A DNA stretch of 64,000 nt from Catajapyx aquilonaris (Eukaryota). Made by a program: the position numbers and the translations under genes. Location of the stretch: NCBI GenBank assembly GCA_000934665.2, contig KZ538004.1, positions 1-64,000 on the forward strand. Direction: 5' to 3'. This document shows positions 1 through 13,388 of the stretch, piece after piece (the stretch's first letter is position 1; the number at the start of each line of letters is the position of its first letter). The notes under the pieces were generated by a model, which did not search any database, was not told the DNA's origin, and saw only the letters and a program-made list of their open reading frames with translations.

Positions 1-95
1 TTATAGTGCCTATTTAAGAGCCTATTTTGACTGTTTTCAGGGCCTAAATGCCTACCTATTTGAGGGTTTTTTAGAACCTAGAAATCCGTTCTCTA
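1..95. mobile_element. Probable right end of a DNA transposon (hAT-like), cut by the window edge
   Basis: Repeated GCCTATTT/GCCTAAAT subterminal motifs ending in AAATCCGTTCTCTA. Partner end not in window. Confidence 0.3.
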
Positions 96-3000
96 GTCAT
101 CAGCCATCCAAGATTGAAACATGCAATGTCGCAAATATTTCAAACCTTCCTCATCGCATATTTAAACATTTTACCTCGCATTTTCGAGACTTCCCAGCAT
201 AAGCGTATTTCCACCAGCCCATATAGTGGTCGAGCAAGAGTGACTTCCTGAAGGTTAAGGGTAGACCCAACTATACCACACAATGTGATGTTCCAAGGCC
301 AAACAAACAACCTTCGCCAGTTCCGCTGGATCAACACAGAAAGGTGGTCTGTGGGTGTACAGCTTTTCTCCCCCTCCTATTCACACATCTTTGCTCGATT
401 TACCATCAATATTGGTATGCCAACAGCTCTGTAATATCACCATTTCCGTGCGAATTCTCCACCATTTGGCCCAAAGTGCAGAAAAAGGCTGGCGGGAGAA
501 CATCCCTTAATCACGTATAATAAGTCTAGTTGAACCCCCTTCAAATTGTGATGAATGAGAGTGGGTTTTCGGTGTGAGCCATTGGGGTCATCCGCTTCCA
601 ACTTCCTCCTATCATGTTTCACTGCCTCCAGTGAATAGGATCGTCATTTTTATAGTGGTGTAACTACTGCTGGCCATCTGCTTCGTGGCACTAAGTAGAC
701 AGGAACGTGATTGTGGCTAACTGTCGCGTACGCCTTTTCCTGGTGTGTGGGAACTGTCTCGACGGTAGCGCTTTTAACGTTCAACTAATTTGAAAGTAGG
801 AGTGCATTTGTGCAGTGGGCTGTCACTGTTATAGTCGTTCAACTGGCTAACTTAATACAAAGGATACGGCAACATATTCCCATAGTTATGTGCTCGTATA
901 CGCTCGTTCAATTTTGTGCTACTCCTGTTACATGTTACACAGAAATTAAAACATTAGGTCAAGCTCATTTTAATATCCCCTCTTCACTGCTAATTACTCC
1001 GTATATGCATTTGACCTTCAGCCAGAAAACGGGTATATGATATTCCCAACATATTGATATTTTATGCAAATATCAATATTTGACCGTCAAGTTTGTAGTG
1101 ATCAATATATTTGGTGACTAATTTGTCTACTGCGAGTATTGATATTTGGTTGGACACAATTTACGCTTTGAGTTACGCTTAATCCGATATTAACGACCGT
1201 TACGTCAGTTACGTGACGTAATTTATAGAACAGCGGCCACGGATTTTGTCAAAGTAATCCAACAGCTCCGAATCTGTTGATTGTCGTCCTTTGTAAGTGG
1301 GTAACTGCACGAAGGGCCATAAAAAGGGCAGCCGTGAGCTTCTATTGTAATATTCGTGCTATATTACATTCACATGGGCATTTCAAAACGTACTGGAAAA
1401 CGTGTCTCGCCTAACTGAAGAATGGACTAGTTTCAGCCGCATTTACATGTTTCACTGTGATTACTATGCTAAGGGTGCCATGTTCACAAAAATTTTAAGC
1501 GTCCATCAAAATGACACTCCACATACCATGCATTTTTTAAATAAAAAAAATGCAGCAGTCTATATTTGCGAGATGCCTATACACGGTGCTCCAGAAGGTT
1601 TGAACCGCCATTTCAACTAGCTTACTGCGACATTGCAGGACGCAATATTACCTTAGTTGATTTTGGCCAATTCCGCTTCATTTTACGTTTCCTTCATCAT
1701 ATACACGTGGATAATGAGGTTCATCCTGTGCGTTGGGCGACCCCTCTTGCGCGAGTGGTTTGGGGCGGGGAGGGTGGTGGTGGTGAAATAACAGTTATCC
1801 ATGTGTTCGATAAAAACTACAATTATATCCGCAATAAAGCCAAAATCTCCCAACTCAACCAGAATAACTGTTCTGGAATATCCAAAGAGATCAGAAGGAG
1901 CCAGAATCTTACTGACATAATGGAATTCGTAACTTTTTCATGTTGAGACGCTCAATTACCAAATGTGGGTCGTTCCTACTAATTATTCTTACTTTTCTGG
2001 TTGCTACAATACACAACACTGTAGAAACTTTGTATGTAGACAAAATAAAACCGCTGCAAAAACCACAAACCGTTAAAAACTGGCTTCCAAAGATACCCCC
2101 CAATTTCGACAAGCCTCGCGCACACGAGTAATGGCACCATCCTTTCATCGGATGACAACAAATACTGTAATCTCTAAATACGGAAGCAGTTATAACTAAT
2201 GATCCGCGATCACGCAGCGATTTTCACCACTGCAATTTGCACTTTTTCTTCGCCGCCCTTTGATATTTCTTCCCCCCCCCCCCCACCTTTTCCGCCATAT
2301 TACGTTTGTCTATACCCCCTATTCAATAACAATAGGCCGAAGGGTTCCCCCATAACCCTCCAATTTGATTCCGAAACTTCCTCCACCATTCTTCAAGCAC
2401 AAAGCCCCCCTGCCACAAGTCGGAAATACCTCCCAAAAGTTGTGTCTTGCCCATCTTGCCCCCATAGGAAATTGGCCAAAATATTGACGTACGCGGCGCA
2501 CTTTCGACGCTAATTGCCACTCCTTATCGTTCCCGCCGAACCTGTCAAAGTTTACACGACCAACACCATTGATCGTTGGTACCTGCTGGTCCTCCGCACG
2601 CTCTTCTAATTACGGAAACCAGCGATACAAAGTAAATTATGTCAAGCTGATTTTTTTCAGCCCCCCTCATTTTTACGGGATCTAATTAGAGCCGACTAAA
2701 TTTTTTTTACACCTACAGTTAACCTAGTTACATGGGGGGTGATGGATAGCCTCGTCTGCTGCGGGTATCGACAGCACTTTGGACCGCATTCGGACGTTCC
2801 CCCCTAGCTTAGAGATGGCGCATGAACCACGCGCATACCGGCTCGCGCATTCGATCTGTCCTTTTGTTGAGAAGACCTGGCATGGCTCGTAATCCCGGCA
2901 TAACACCCCTGCTTGGAGACTGCCAAATGGCCAGAATTATGGCAGAAAAACGCCAAACATGCTACTACAATTTGGGCTGTAACATTCAAGGTTAACGATT

Positions 3001-3700
3001 CGCCAGGGGGTGGGGGTAGGCTTGGTGGTTGGCGGCTGTACCAGATATCGATTTGTCGAGCCCCCAATTCCACCCCACCTCTATTGTAAAACCCGACTCT
3101 CAAACCAATGTCAGAGCTCTTTTCTTTAGCCTCTCCCCCCCCCCCCCCCNCCACCGCTGAAAAAAAAATCTCCCCAAAAAATAAGAGAATTCCAAGAGTT
3201 CTCCTCCCCCACGGTGTTTCCTGATATGATTTCAAACTTAGCCGCTGGAATTGAAAAAGCTTTGACACACTTTGAGCCTTAGGGTCTTACCATACTGCAG
3301 ATAACTTTTTTTTAAGGCATCACCTTTATGCCAACCAGAAACTGGTTCTGGAAAGATGACTATTTTTTCTTCTTCTTCGTCTTCTTAAAGTAATGACCTA
3401 ACTGTGCTCATGCCGACTCACTGAAATAAAGGCTTTCGCAGACGGGTGGTCTGGAGACTCAGGATTGGCGGAATCGAGCTCCGCGAATTGAATACCAAAT
3501 GAGACCCGGTATTTTCTGACACACTTTGTGCCAAGCCAGCCCACACCTTGAGCGCAATAAGGCCATCTTATCCTTTGTTCTCAACTCCGCCAGAGGTGAA
3601 GCAACGGTGATGACACGAGCCACGTACGGTTGACACACCGCCAATACACCCGAAAATTGCCCACTCATGTTCCAACACAACTGATCATTCTTACAGAAGC

Positions 3701-3765
<65 letters not shown>
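3701..3765. repeat. (TAA)n microsatellite
   Basis: Directly visible. Confidence 0.95.
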
Positions 3766-3766
<1 letters not shown>

Positions 3767-6559
3767 CAAGGTGTACACCTTGGGAGGAGTTACATCTAAT
3801 ATTTTGATGATGTCATTCGCCTGGTACTGGAAATGACGTCGCTCCTCTGAAGGCCAACCCCTACCTGCATCCGTCCATTTTTTCCCCCCCTCAGTTACAT
3901 TGTTGCATTTTGAGTACAGTTAGGTAAACGCTCTCTTTTTTATTTTCAGGGTTGCTGAACTTCACCTGGAAACACCCTCTTTATACAAGCCCTATAATGC
4001 GGCCTGGACCAAAAAATCGATCCTGCCCCTCGGATTCTGCTGGAAAGCAAGTTCATTGCTCTGCCTACTGCTGGAATGGAAGGGAGGCGGCCGGGGGATG
4101 CGTTTCCAAAACGTGCAATATTCGCTACAACTGCTGAAGTTGAGTGGCCTCCCTCAATCCTGCTGGCTGGCTGCATGGGGAGAAACCCCCCGGACTCCTT
4201 TCCCTTTCCTTTCAGAGAGGGGCTTCTCCCCTTCCCCTATACCCCCCAGCAGGTTGGAGGGGGGGGGGGGCAGAGCAGGTGCTTGTCATGTAGCTAGTAG
4301 CCAATCTGGCTTATCCCAACCTGCTCACTGGGGCATTGGATTACATACCCGGCACATGAAGACAATCGGGTCATACAACGCTCCTTTTTTTTTGTATGAA
4401 TGAATCATGGTCAGGAAGGACCTTGCCCCCTACCCAGACCTTGCCATATGTCCCCTGGTTGGGAGTGACCATCGATATCAGACCCTAGGAAGAACGGAGG
4501 TTCCTCGCAACCTTGGCAGCCCAGCTCCCGTACACTAGGATGAAAATAATAAATCTATTTTTCACCCCCTGGGCTCGCCCACATGGAGAACGAAGCAGGC
4601 ACTTTTCCAAATGGGGCGCTACACCCCTCCCAAGTCCCCCGCATCCTAAACATTAACCAGTAAGATACGCAAGAGTCGAAAAATTGAAATCAGATTGCAT
4701 GTGAAGCACGGTAGTTCTCTACAGGGCGTCCCAAACAACCAAAACGGCCACTGGACTGCAACACCTCCCACTATAGGGAGACAAAAAATATGGGAGCCTG
4801 CTAGTAAAATAAATGACCAGTCATACTTTCCAGCCTTGGAGTCCTACGCACATCAGACTGGATTTTCTCAGCAATATCAAGTCGGCTAGGGGGGAGCGGC
4901 CACAAAGTGACGATGGGAAAGTTCTCATGAGCTGATAGCATTAATAGCTGTGATTAAAGGAAACAAGTTCATTCGCCCATATTCGTCACAGGTGTGATAA
5001 AAATCGACGTGTGCATGTGTAACGAGGAGCGAAAGTGAATCATGACGTAGCCGGGGACACGAATCCGTGATGCCAAGCAGGTCGGTTCATGACACTGCAC
5101 CAATTATTATTTTTTAAATTAAATTTAAAAGGAATTACTTCTCTGGGAACGGCAACTACGTCATTTCAAATTCGACAATTTCTCGAATTTGTCACGTCTG
5201 TTACGTCTCAGTATTGCAATATAACAGATATGGCTTTCACTTCCGCCAGCGCTATCACACCAGCCATGTGAAACTGTCACGTCCGTTAACACTTCACAGG
5301 CGGGAATGTAACGCAATCTTTATCTCAATCCCATATACAACCGTGCCTACCGATTGGCACGCAATGCCACCAAAACACACATACCTACTAGGTGAGATTT
5401 AGGGAGGGGCTGGGGAAGACCCAAAAATATCCGGACGCTCAGGAGCATCACCTACTTGTCATAAATGTGTCATGCAAGGGTGATGCAAAGAAACTTTGTA
5501 GTGTGCCTTTTTCCCCCCCTGGCATGCTCCTTGCTCGCCAGCACATGACAACCACCTAAAAGTAACGCCCCTTTACCTCCGTCGTGACAGGATAACCTTG
5601 CCTTTTTTTCGCATTGTCTTCACATGACCAATGGACCCCGATCATTTTTAAAAAAGCCAACCCACAGTCTCACGTGGAGCTCATAAATAAATAAATACAC
5701 AACCCTGCACCCCCATTCCCTTCCCTTTTTTCGTGGGTGAGTAAACGTCGTGGCAAAGCACTGGCCTGCATACAAATGACATCCGGATGTTATGTACACA
5801 TCACCAGTTCCGGACGCGTAGTTATTCTCAATTACTTAATTTTGAGCCCAGGTATTGTGCTTATGAAGGGATAACAGTTACGCCCTCTGCCTCTGGCACA
5901 GGAGCAAAGTGCGTAACAGTAGTCCTCTCACCAGAATGAACCTACCCAGACTTTTCAAGAGACGATAGTACCTATCCGCCGAGATGGCGTCTCAAGCCAA
6001 ACAAGACAGCAACCTTACGACTTCCCTTCCTCCACCCCCTGGGTATTTATGGTAACTACAAGCCTCTGTGCCGCGTTAACACCTACTGAAAAGCACATTA
6101 CACGTGACCCCATGCGTCACATACCCTGGGCTCTTTCCAACCCCCCAAATACTCATTCTATGTTCACCCCCAACCCAAACTTTTGACCCTGTTGACCATT
6201 TGACCAATAACCCGAGGTGTGGCGCCCGCCTTCTGCACCTATGCACCCTCCACATAACGGGTCCTGTTTGTTTGGAATTAAGAAGTGGCCTGCAACGCCC
6301 CGAGGCGCAATGTAACGTGACCTAGCCTACGCAACCACAGTGCCCCGCCATTATTACGCCTTACAAAAAAAAATACACAAACAAAAAAAAAACAAAAACT
6401 TAACCCCACCCTTCCGGGCGCCCTCGAAACAGGCGAAAATCCGTCGATTTGCCTAAATGTGCAGGCACCGGCACCCCCCTGTCCACCCACCGCCCCCGCC
6501 CTTCCTAATAGCAGACCTGATCTGGTTTCCTGGCTACACTAAGTGGGCACAGCCGGAGC

Positions 6560-6720
6560 CACGGGTCAATGCCACCATCTTCCAAACCCGACTCCCCAAC
6601 CACCGCCCAAAAACCACCGATTCATCTCGCATTCCATCTCTTCTCCTCATGTCAATACTATCCTTCCAAGTCAAATTGTTACGCAAAAACACCCCCAACT
6701 TCCTCCTCTTATCGGTATCC
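6560..6720 (-). mobile_element. Degenerate LINE reverse-transcriptase C-terminal fragment
   Basis: Translation KLGVFLRNNLTWKDSID resembles the KYLGVxxDxxLxWxxHI motif that follows the RT core of non-LTR retrotransposons. Confidence 0.5.
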
Positions 6721-7819
6721 ATGCGGAAGAGGCGGGTCAGAGTGTAGGATGTTTGTATATTTAAAATATGTGCCCATCATTTTTAGTTCGATCACAGGCG
6801 GCTCCCTGTTAGGCGGTGCACAGGGTGGTCCAGGATCACTGGATGCGGTAATTAGATATACACATGGGGGCCCCCCTTATGCGTGTGGGTGTCGATCAAA
6901 AATATTCCAAGCATCTCGAATAAGTTTTCGGGAACATTCATGCGCAGGAGCATAACGAGTACCAGCAGCAGCAGCAACAACAACAACAAATGGATAATAG
7001 TAGTTATTATTGTAACCGTTACATTATAAAACCGTTATTCACCTGCAAGCAACGCAGCTGGCAGACGTCAGGATAGAGCAATGGTGTAACTTGAGGGATA
7101 AGTCAGGAGACTCAAAATTATGTTTATCTATGGCGCCAGTTCGAGTAATCCGTTTGTAAATGTACATTGCACCATTCTTGTCTGATAACACTAGCTGCAC
7201 TGATGAAATATGTATCTGGACTTTTTTATTTCAATTCTTCCCAAGTTGTATCCCAATGCAAAATAATTTTTCTGCAATCACTAAAGTTACTCTAGGATAC
7301 CTAAAAATAATTCAGGTAATCCAAGACAATCATAGACTATGTGATTGCTCAACATTTTAAAACGCCACATCTTAAGTACATATAGATCTGCTCTTCGTCA
7401 ACAATTACTCTGTCCGAAATGCATAAGGTGATTTGATCTGCTTTCATCTTCAAGACACCACACTTGAAACATTAAAAGAATTCCCTATTACATTTTCTCT
7501 CCAGTTCCCTCGCACTTCTTTATTGATGGTTTTACCTTTGTGAATTGGGAACGTCTCCATGTATTATTTGCACACTGCAATGCAGGCAACGGCAAGATGA
7601 AAAAAATTGACAATCTTGCTCCAATTCTCCTCCTAACAAGCTCTCACACTTCAGATCAATTACACATTATACACTATCATCATGCCCACGGTTCACAGAG
7701 GCTCACATTCGCCACAAGTGACTAATTTGGTGTTTTTATATTATTGCATTATTCCAGTCTGTCATTCTCTTTCACTTCCCTAGGGCCATCCATCCCCTGT
7801 CCATCCCAACTTTTCCATG

Positions 7820-7900
7820 AGCTAATCAGTTATCACCATGCCAATTTTCAGCACTCTAGGTAGCCTGGAAGAGGGTTAGAATTTTCTAAACATACACAAA
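7820..7900 (+). repeat. Interspersed repeat fragment, possibly Helitron-derived; second copy at 53298-53415
   Basis: Shared AGCTAATCAG..CATGCCAATTTTCAGC..CTAGGTA..GGGTTA..ACATACAC. Class assignment is tentative. Confidence 0.45.
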
Positions 7901-7934
7901 CTGTGTGCTACACAGAGACATTCCTCAATGCAAT

Positions 7935-8017
7935 TATAATAATGGATACCCCGTGATAGGCCCCTGGGGCCTCTTAGGGGATCATCTTTTGAATAACCGA
8001 CTTTAATCATTTGCCTG
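7935..8017 (-). mobile_element. 5'-truncated 3' end of the V-like SINE family
   Basis: Reverse complement matches 56415-56492 (ATGATTAAAGTCGGTT..AAAAGATGATCCCCTAAGAGGCCC..CACGGGGTATCCATT). Confidence 0.8.
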
Positions 8018-9827
8018 TAATGTGATGGATTGCAATTCTTCTAACCATGCACATGATTTTATCATTAAATATAGGTCCTGCACTCACATGCTGTCAACAT
8101 TCAGCCCTACTAATAACAAGCATTGTCTCTTTGATCCTGGACCACCCTGTATGACAAGTAAACATGGCCTCACCAGCGAGGTGGCCCCCCTGAGTGCATT
8201 TTCCAGACAACTATTTTGGCAGAGCTCATCCGCAATGCCTCGAAAATAGACCCCTGTGGAATTAGCGCACAGGCATTTGGTTCTTTCACCGGGAGTGTTG
8301 CTTTTCTGCAACCCAAGTGCCTACACGCTCTGGCTTTGCTTGCATTATGACACTCCACAAAAACTACGCGTCTGCTTGGTTTTGTTTCTGTGAGGAAACA
8401 TGTCAATCATAAATTCAGGTCAGTTGCCACTATGCCAGCCAATACTGTGCAAGGTTGAAAGAATGCGTGACCTCCAAAGAAGGGTGTGCCCTCAGGTGCT
8501 ATTGCACCTATCCCATTGCACATATGAAAACAGCATGTATTCATTAGATTGATACCTTGCCCACCACTCAAAATCAAATAGGAAAGCCTAGTTCCTTGGA
8601 CCGAAGGATATTTGCATGGTGTAGTAGAGGTGGCATAGTTTGGATTGCTCGAGTGTCTTCAGCATTGCATGGGAATCACGCCGAAGAGTTGTGCAGATCT
8701 TAGGTCACCTACAGTGCTCTTTGTTTTCCCGCTCTCTCAAAATAGAGACATTCTTTTTCCTTCTTACTAAGAAGTGAGTAACCCAAATGTAATCACATCC
8801 AAGTGCTTTTAAATCGAACACTGCTCTAGCTAAAATTTGCCTGTTGGTTATTTCCAGTAGTTACCAATGCATTGTGCTTTAACATTAGAATAGTAATACC
8901 TAAACAGGTGTTATCTATCTTTGCACGTCTATAACAGGGTGATCCAAAAGTATGGACACATCGGTAATTGTATTAGACGAGAGGTTCCCAAACTGTGCTC
9001 CGCGAAGCTTCTCCAAGTGCTCCACAAAGAGGTTGGGGAAAAAAGGAATTCTTCAATAAGCTACTGTTTACTGTTTTCTTGCAAAAAAAAAACCAAAAAC
9101 AAAAAACAAAAAAATCATACACCTCATAGCTTTTGAATTATTATCTAATAATGCTTTAGAAATTGTCAACAGCTACTGACAAGTGCAGTCTGGTACATGT
9201 TCCTCAGCAAATTTGATTTTCCCATCACAGAATTTTTCCTGATCAGCTGATCTCCAGGGTCTCCCTAGCATACCCAAGAATCCGAGTAGTATAGGCAATA
9301 TCACACCTGACTAGCTAAACAGGCTCTGTAAATGTATATTTCTATTTAAAGCCTGTCCTTAACTGACATCAGGGTCACAATAGTACCCTTTGAACTGCAT
9401 TCCTACAGTATTGGTTGTGACTTGTCAATACACAATGAAGCCGAGTTGCCAAGCCAATTCAATCCGATGTCACCCGAGTTAGAGTATAGATTCTTCGCAC
9501 AACAACATTGCATAACAGAGATGTCTGGCACTCTAAGTCTGTAATCAACTCAGTAACTTGTGCATTGCAATTTAAGGCTATAATGGAAGACATGCAAGCT
9601 GCTGCACATTCAGTTTGCCTCTACTTTAGGAGAATACAGTAGCTCTTGGCAAGTACAATCTGGTTATTTTTGACCATATGAAAGCAAATGGCACTTCACT
9701 GTTGCCATATGGGGTAAACTACCAGCCTGGGCAACAGGACTGATACATTCAGGTGGTATAAATTGGCGATCCCTAGTAACCCACAAATATTCACATGCAA
9801 GTTATGGCAATTAAAAGGAACACTCAC

Positions 9828-10092
9828 CAAATTCGATGAAGTCTGAAACGGTCTTCTCCCTGCGCAAAGATGAGTTGCAGCATTCATCATGGAGAATGAG
9901 GGCTACATCCAGCAGCGTCTCGATGCTGAAACATTGTCCGCCAGACAAGAGCGGTCCATTGAGAAAGAGGCCCTCTAGTTCCTTTAGTCTCCACTCGGCA
10001 GCCGGTACCTCCCCAGCACTTCCAGACATTTCCCCTCCTCCACTCCCCCCATGACCTAGCATCTCCTCGCTGGACATTGGTAACTTGTTCAT
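9828..10092 (-). CDS. gek: MRCK / CDC42-binding protein kinase (Genghis khan) first coding exon; gene continues left of the window
   Basis: RLKELEGLFLNGP..FSIETLLDVALILHDECCNSSLRREKTVSDFIEF is the conserved MRCK/DMPK N-terminal cap. Phase-1 donor TTTG|GTGAGT at 9828/9827. Start ATG could be 10092, 10077 or later. Confidence 0.9.
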
Positions 10093-10649
10093 TTGGGACC
10101 ACGGTAACAATCACACCACCCAATGCCTCCCGTACCTCACCCCCACTCTTAAGGGTAAAACCGAGTAGTGCATTTGTCAAGCTGTGCTGATCTCACTCAA
10201 AGCTTTAGGAGAATTAGGTTGCTATCAACAGGAGAGTTGCAGAGGCAAGGGTTGCTCACTACCATGCCTCATCCATGGTCACGTGCAGAGTTCCTACACA
10301 TTCTTGGCTGTTCCTCTTCCCTCCTGTGGAGAAAAAATGTTCACATATCCTACTAAGTGTCCAAATTGTGGCTTTCCACATAAATATTTGCCATGAGCGC
10401 CCAAAAATGGTAACAAGAACAACCTTCACTACCTCTGTAGAGAAGCTTGCCACATGAACGTTAAAGCTTTCCAAATTGCCACTTTACACTTTAGGCCAGC
10501 AGCTGTCTCTGCAAATGAACCAACTTGATCAAAAAAGTATAAGAAATAGGTGGTGTAGAAAATGACTTTAAAAACCACGCAGCTGGTTCCCTCCTACAAA
10601 TCATACCCCCAACACCATTTGCGCATGAATAACAACTGCAATACCCATG

Positions 10650-10721
10650 TGCCTCTGCTGGGAATTGAACCCAGGTCCACACTCATTGAGAGCGTGTGTT
10701 CTGCCACTAAACTACAGAGGC
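10650..10721 (-). other. tRNA-like cloverleaf (pseudo-tRNA or isolated SINE head)
   Basis: Perfect acceptor stem GCCTCTG/CAGAGGC, T arm CTGGG-TTCAATT-CCCAG, D arm GTTT/GAAC. Anticodon arm imperfect; no oligo-T terminator follows. Confidence 0.55.
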
Positions 10722-11189
10722 TGTATGGTTCTGCTGCACTCGGTTCAACCTGCATTTTCAATACCTACTGCATGCAAGTGTTCTGGGGGGCGATAAAATC
10801 ATTTTCCCGAATCCCCTTCTTCCTTTCCTAAATCAGAGTTACTTTCAAGCAACACACCAACCTGCCTGACCAAAACCTATACACCGCTCTTCATGGGTCA
10901 AAAAAAGGCACCGAGTCTTTTGGTGAAAATTGATCCCCTTTCTCAGCAGTTGATATGACCACACGCCACACTTTCAATGGTCCATTATGCTACTAATGTC
11001 CCAACTCATCTTAAGTGACTTGCTATCCCCAAACATAAACTGCATCGACCTGGTACACCCATCAATACAACTAATGAGTAACATTCAGAAATTTTATGCT
11101 ATGTCAACTTTGGCTCACCCATCTTCACAGCACCTGAGGTCACTACAGCCAGTAACACTACTCCAACTATATCTCCCTAGGCACCTGCT

Positions 11190-11567
11190 TACACCTGTCA
11201 GCGAAACCCTACCAACAACCGGGTCCACACCCCGAAAAGGTGCCAAATTCGGATATAGGTAGACTGCAGCAACAAAGATGGCTCCTTAATGATCGGCTTT
11301 TGCTTGCGGGCAAACGGAGACAAGTCCATGGGAGAGCAATATCCTGCCTGGCACGCCACTCTCCAAAGCAAATCCTGGCCAGACGCACCCGGTTTCCCCT
11401 GGCTCACACATACACCCACACATGTACATCACAACACAAGCACACAGCAAACCGCATACTTTACCACTGACTGGCGTCGCACCTTTGTTACTACCATTTT
11501 GCGCTGTGGGCCCGCACCCCGGCCGCCGCAGCTCGACTCCAACCCCCAGCCTGGGAACACTCCCCAA
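11190..11567. promoter_or_regulatory. Candidate bidirectional promoter and 5'-UTR region (MRCK leftward, orphan gene rightward)
   Basis: Local CpG-rich patch between divergent genes, YY1-like AAGATGGC near 11275, minus-strand GTAAGC donor near 11190. Confidence 0.45.
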
Positions 11568-11701
11568 ATGGTCCCAAAAGTGGAAAAGTGCCCGCAATCG
11601 GAAGCGGTCGCTGCCCGACAGACCCAGGCCGAGGGAGAGGACGAACACAGCGCCACTGGCGGCATTAAGACTAGGTATAACCATAACCTGAAAACAATGC
11701 G
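11568..11701 (+). CDS. Orphan tail-anchored protein, coding exon 1
   Basis: MVPKVEKCPQSEA..NLKTM, then CG|GTAAGT (phase 2). Upstream in-frame ATGs at 11289 and 11328 make the start uncertain. Confidence 0.55.
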
Positions 11702-12524
11702 GTAAGTTCCAATAGCAATACCGGTACGGTATTTATGCCTACATAATAAGTAAGCACAGCAAAATGTTCTTTGGTGGTCTTAATTCCTTCATACATAGCT
11801 GACGGGAACCTACTCTAGCCACTTTGTGTTGGTTATGTCATCATTGGTACCAATAATAATGCTTCGTGTAGGATTATACATGTAGTGAGAAAATCTGTTG
11901 GCAACACTCCAAACAACAGGCATTTGTTTAGGAACAATCCAATTGTTTGGTTATTTACATAGTGATGTAGTAGTGAGGAACAGCAAAAAGAAATAGGCCT
12001 CCTACCTTTTTGTGCCAAAGGGATGATCGTCTAAATTGAGATATGGCAGAAAGAAATCACGTAAGTTCATGGTGAAAAGACTCGGGATCACTTATACTTG
12101 CACTAAATCAAGAAACTCAATTTCGTATTCATTTGTAAACATCATGTAAGGAAGTTGATTTTAACATACCGGTAAAGCCAATCCAACTTGCCACTGACTA
12201 ATTCTTTGTTTGGAAGGAATTTCTTTGCTTACAACATGCTTATTTCAAAGGCACTTTTCTGTTTACCACATTATAGGAGAGGCCCCAAACTCCACCTGAG
12301 GTGTGCGAAATCTTCGGCTTCCCCATTTCTAGCAATGAGGAAGACACCTCTGATGATGGAATGCAGGAAGCTAAGCCGAGGTAAAAACACCTTCAAATTT
12401 AATAATAATAGGCCTATTCTTTTGTGAGACTAACGTAAGCCTGGTCATGCTACTTGTCTTGTTATAGTATGAGAAGACAATTCTTCTCTGGTTACACCCT
12501 GAACAAATCCACATATCCATCTCC

Positions 12525-12546
12525 TAATAATAATAATAATAATAAT

Positions 12547-12638
<92 letters not shown>
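12525..12638. repeat. Compound (AAT)n(CAT)n(AAT)n microsatellite
   Basis: Directly visible. Confidence 0.95.
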
Positions 12639-12639
<1 letters not shown>

Positions 12640-12645
12640 CCATCT

Positions 12646-12990
12646 GGGGGAGGTGTAGATGGCCGAGATGGTAACGTCTTGGCTTGCTGAGTGAAAGGCC
12701 CCAGGTTCGATCCCCGCCTGGGGAACTTCCTTTCACCTGCGTCAGGAGGGTCTCTGACCTGCACCTTGGAGGTGTCTGGCAACCTAACCTTCTGGGGAAC
12801 AGCACATGACCCCTTTACCGACAATGCACTTGCACCCATGTTCCCTCCCCAAAAAATCCCTATCCTTACCCAATGTCCCTGTTTCATTGAATCGGAGAAT
12901 GAAGTAGAAAAATATATATATAACTGATGGTGGTGTGCCACCCTCCTATAGATCCCGTAAGGGACATCACAGGGCGTTTTAAAAAAAATA
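12646..12990 (+). mobile_element. tRNA-derived SINE, family A
   Basis: A box TGGCCGAGATGG, B box GGTTCGATCC. Body shared with copies at 19222, 34640 and 48900. Confidence 0.85.
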
Positions 12991-13071
12991 AAAAAACAAA
13001 AAAAGAACAATCTGGGCAGTGCTTTGACCCCTTTGGGGTGCATGTTGCATGGACCTTTATTATTTAATATA

Positions 13072-13388
13072 CAGGGTAACCCCCTAAAGTCTGGACACAT
13101 TGGTAATTACATTATATTGGTGGTTGCCAGGTTGTCAATATATTGTCAACCAACAATACAATACGGCACAATACAATAACCTATGTGTCGAGACTTTAAG
13201 GCCCATACACACAGGCCGTCGACGTTTTTGGTTACATTGACGGTGCGGACCAATCATGACTCGTGTAAACAAGCTGTAAACAATGGGTTGCACTTGTTTA
13301 CATAAGTCATGATTGGTCCTCGGCGTCAACGCGACCAAAAACCAAAACCGTCGACGGCCTGTGTGTATGGGCCTTTAGGGTTACCCTG
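13072..13388. mobile_element. Tc1/mariner-type MITE (TA TSD) with a nested MITE in its right TIR
   Basis: TA|CAGGGTAACCC..AAAGTCT(G/C)GACACAT ... GGGTTACCCTG|TA. Confidence 0.8.
13199..13374. mobile_element. PIF/Harbinger-type MITE (TTA TSD)
   Basis: TIR AGGCCCATACACACAGGCCGTCGACG at both ends, flanked by TTA. Confidence 0.85.

Noticed and set aside
110..720. Possible decayed pogo-like transposase fragments
   Set aside because: No convincing motif in any frame.
1913..1941. Minus-strand MKKLRIPLC followed by GTAAGA as an alternative MRCK first exon
   Set aside because: Ends in phase 2, whereas the MRCK first coding intron is phase 1.
12454..12805. Poly-His/Asn/Asp/Tyr ORFs here and similar homopolymer ORFs elsewhere
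   Set aside because: Translations of trinucleotide microsatellites.
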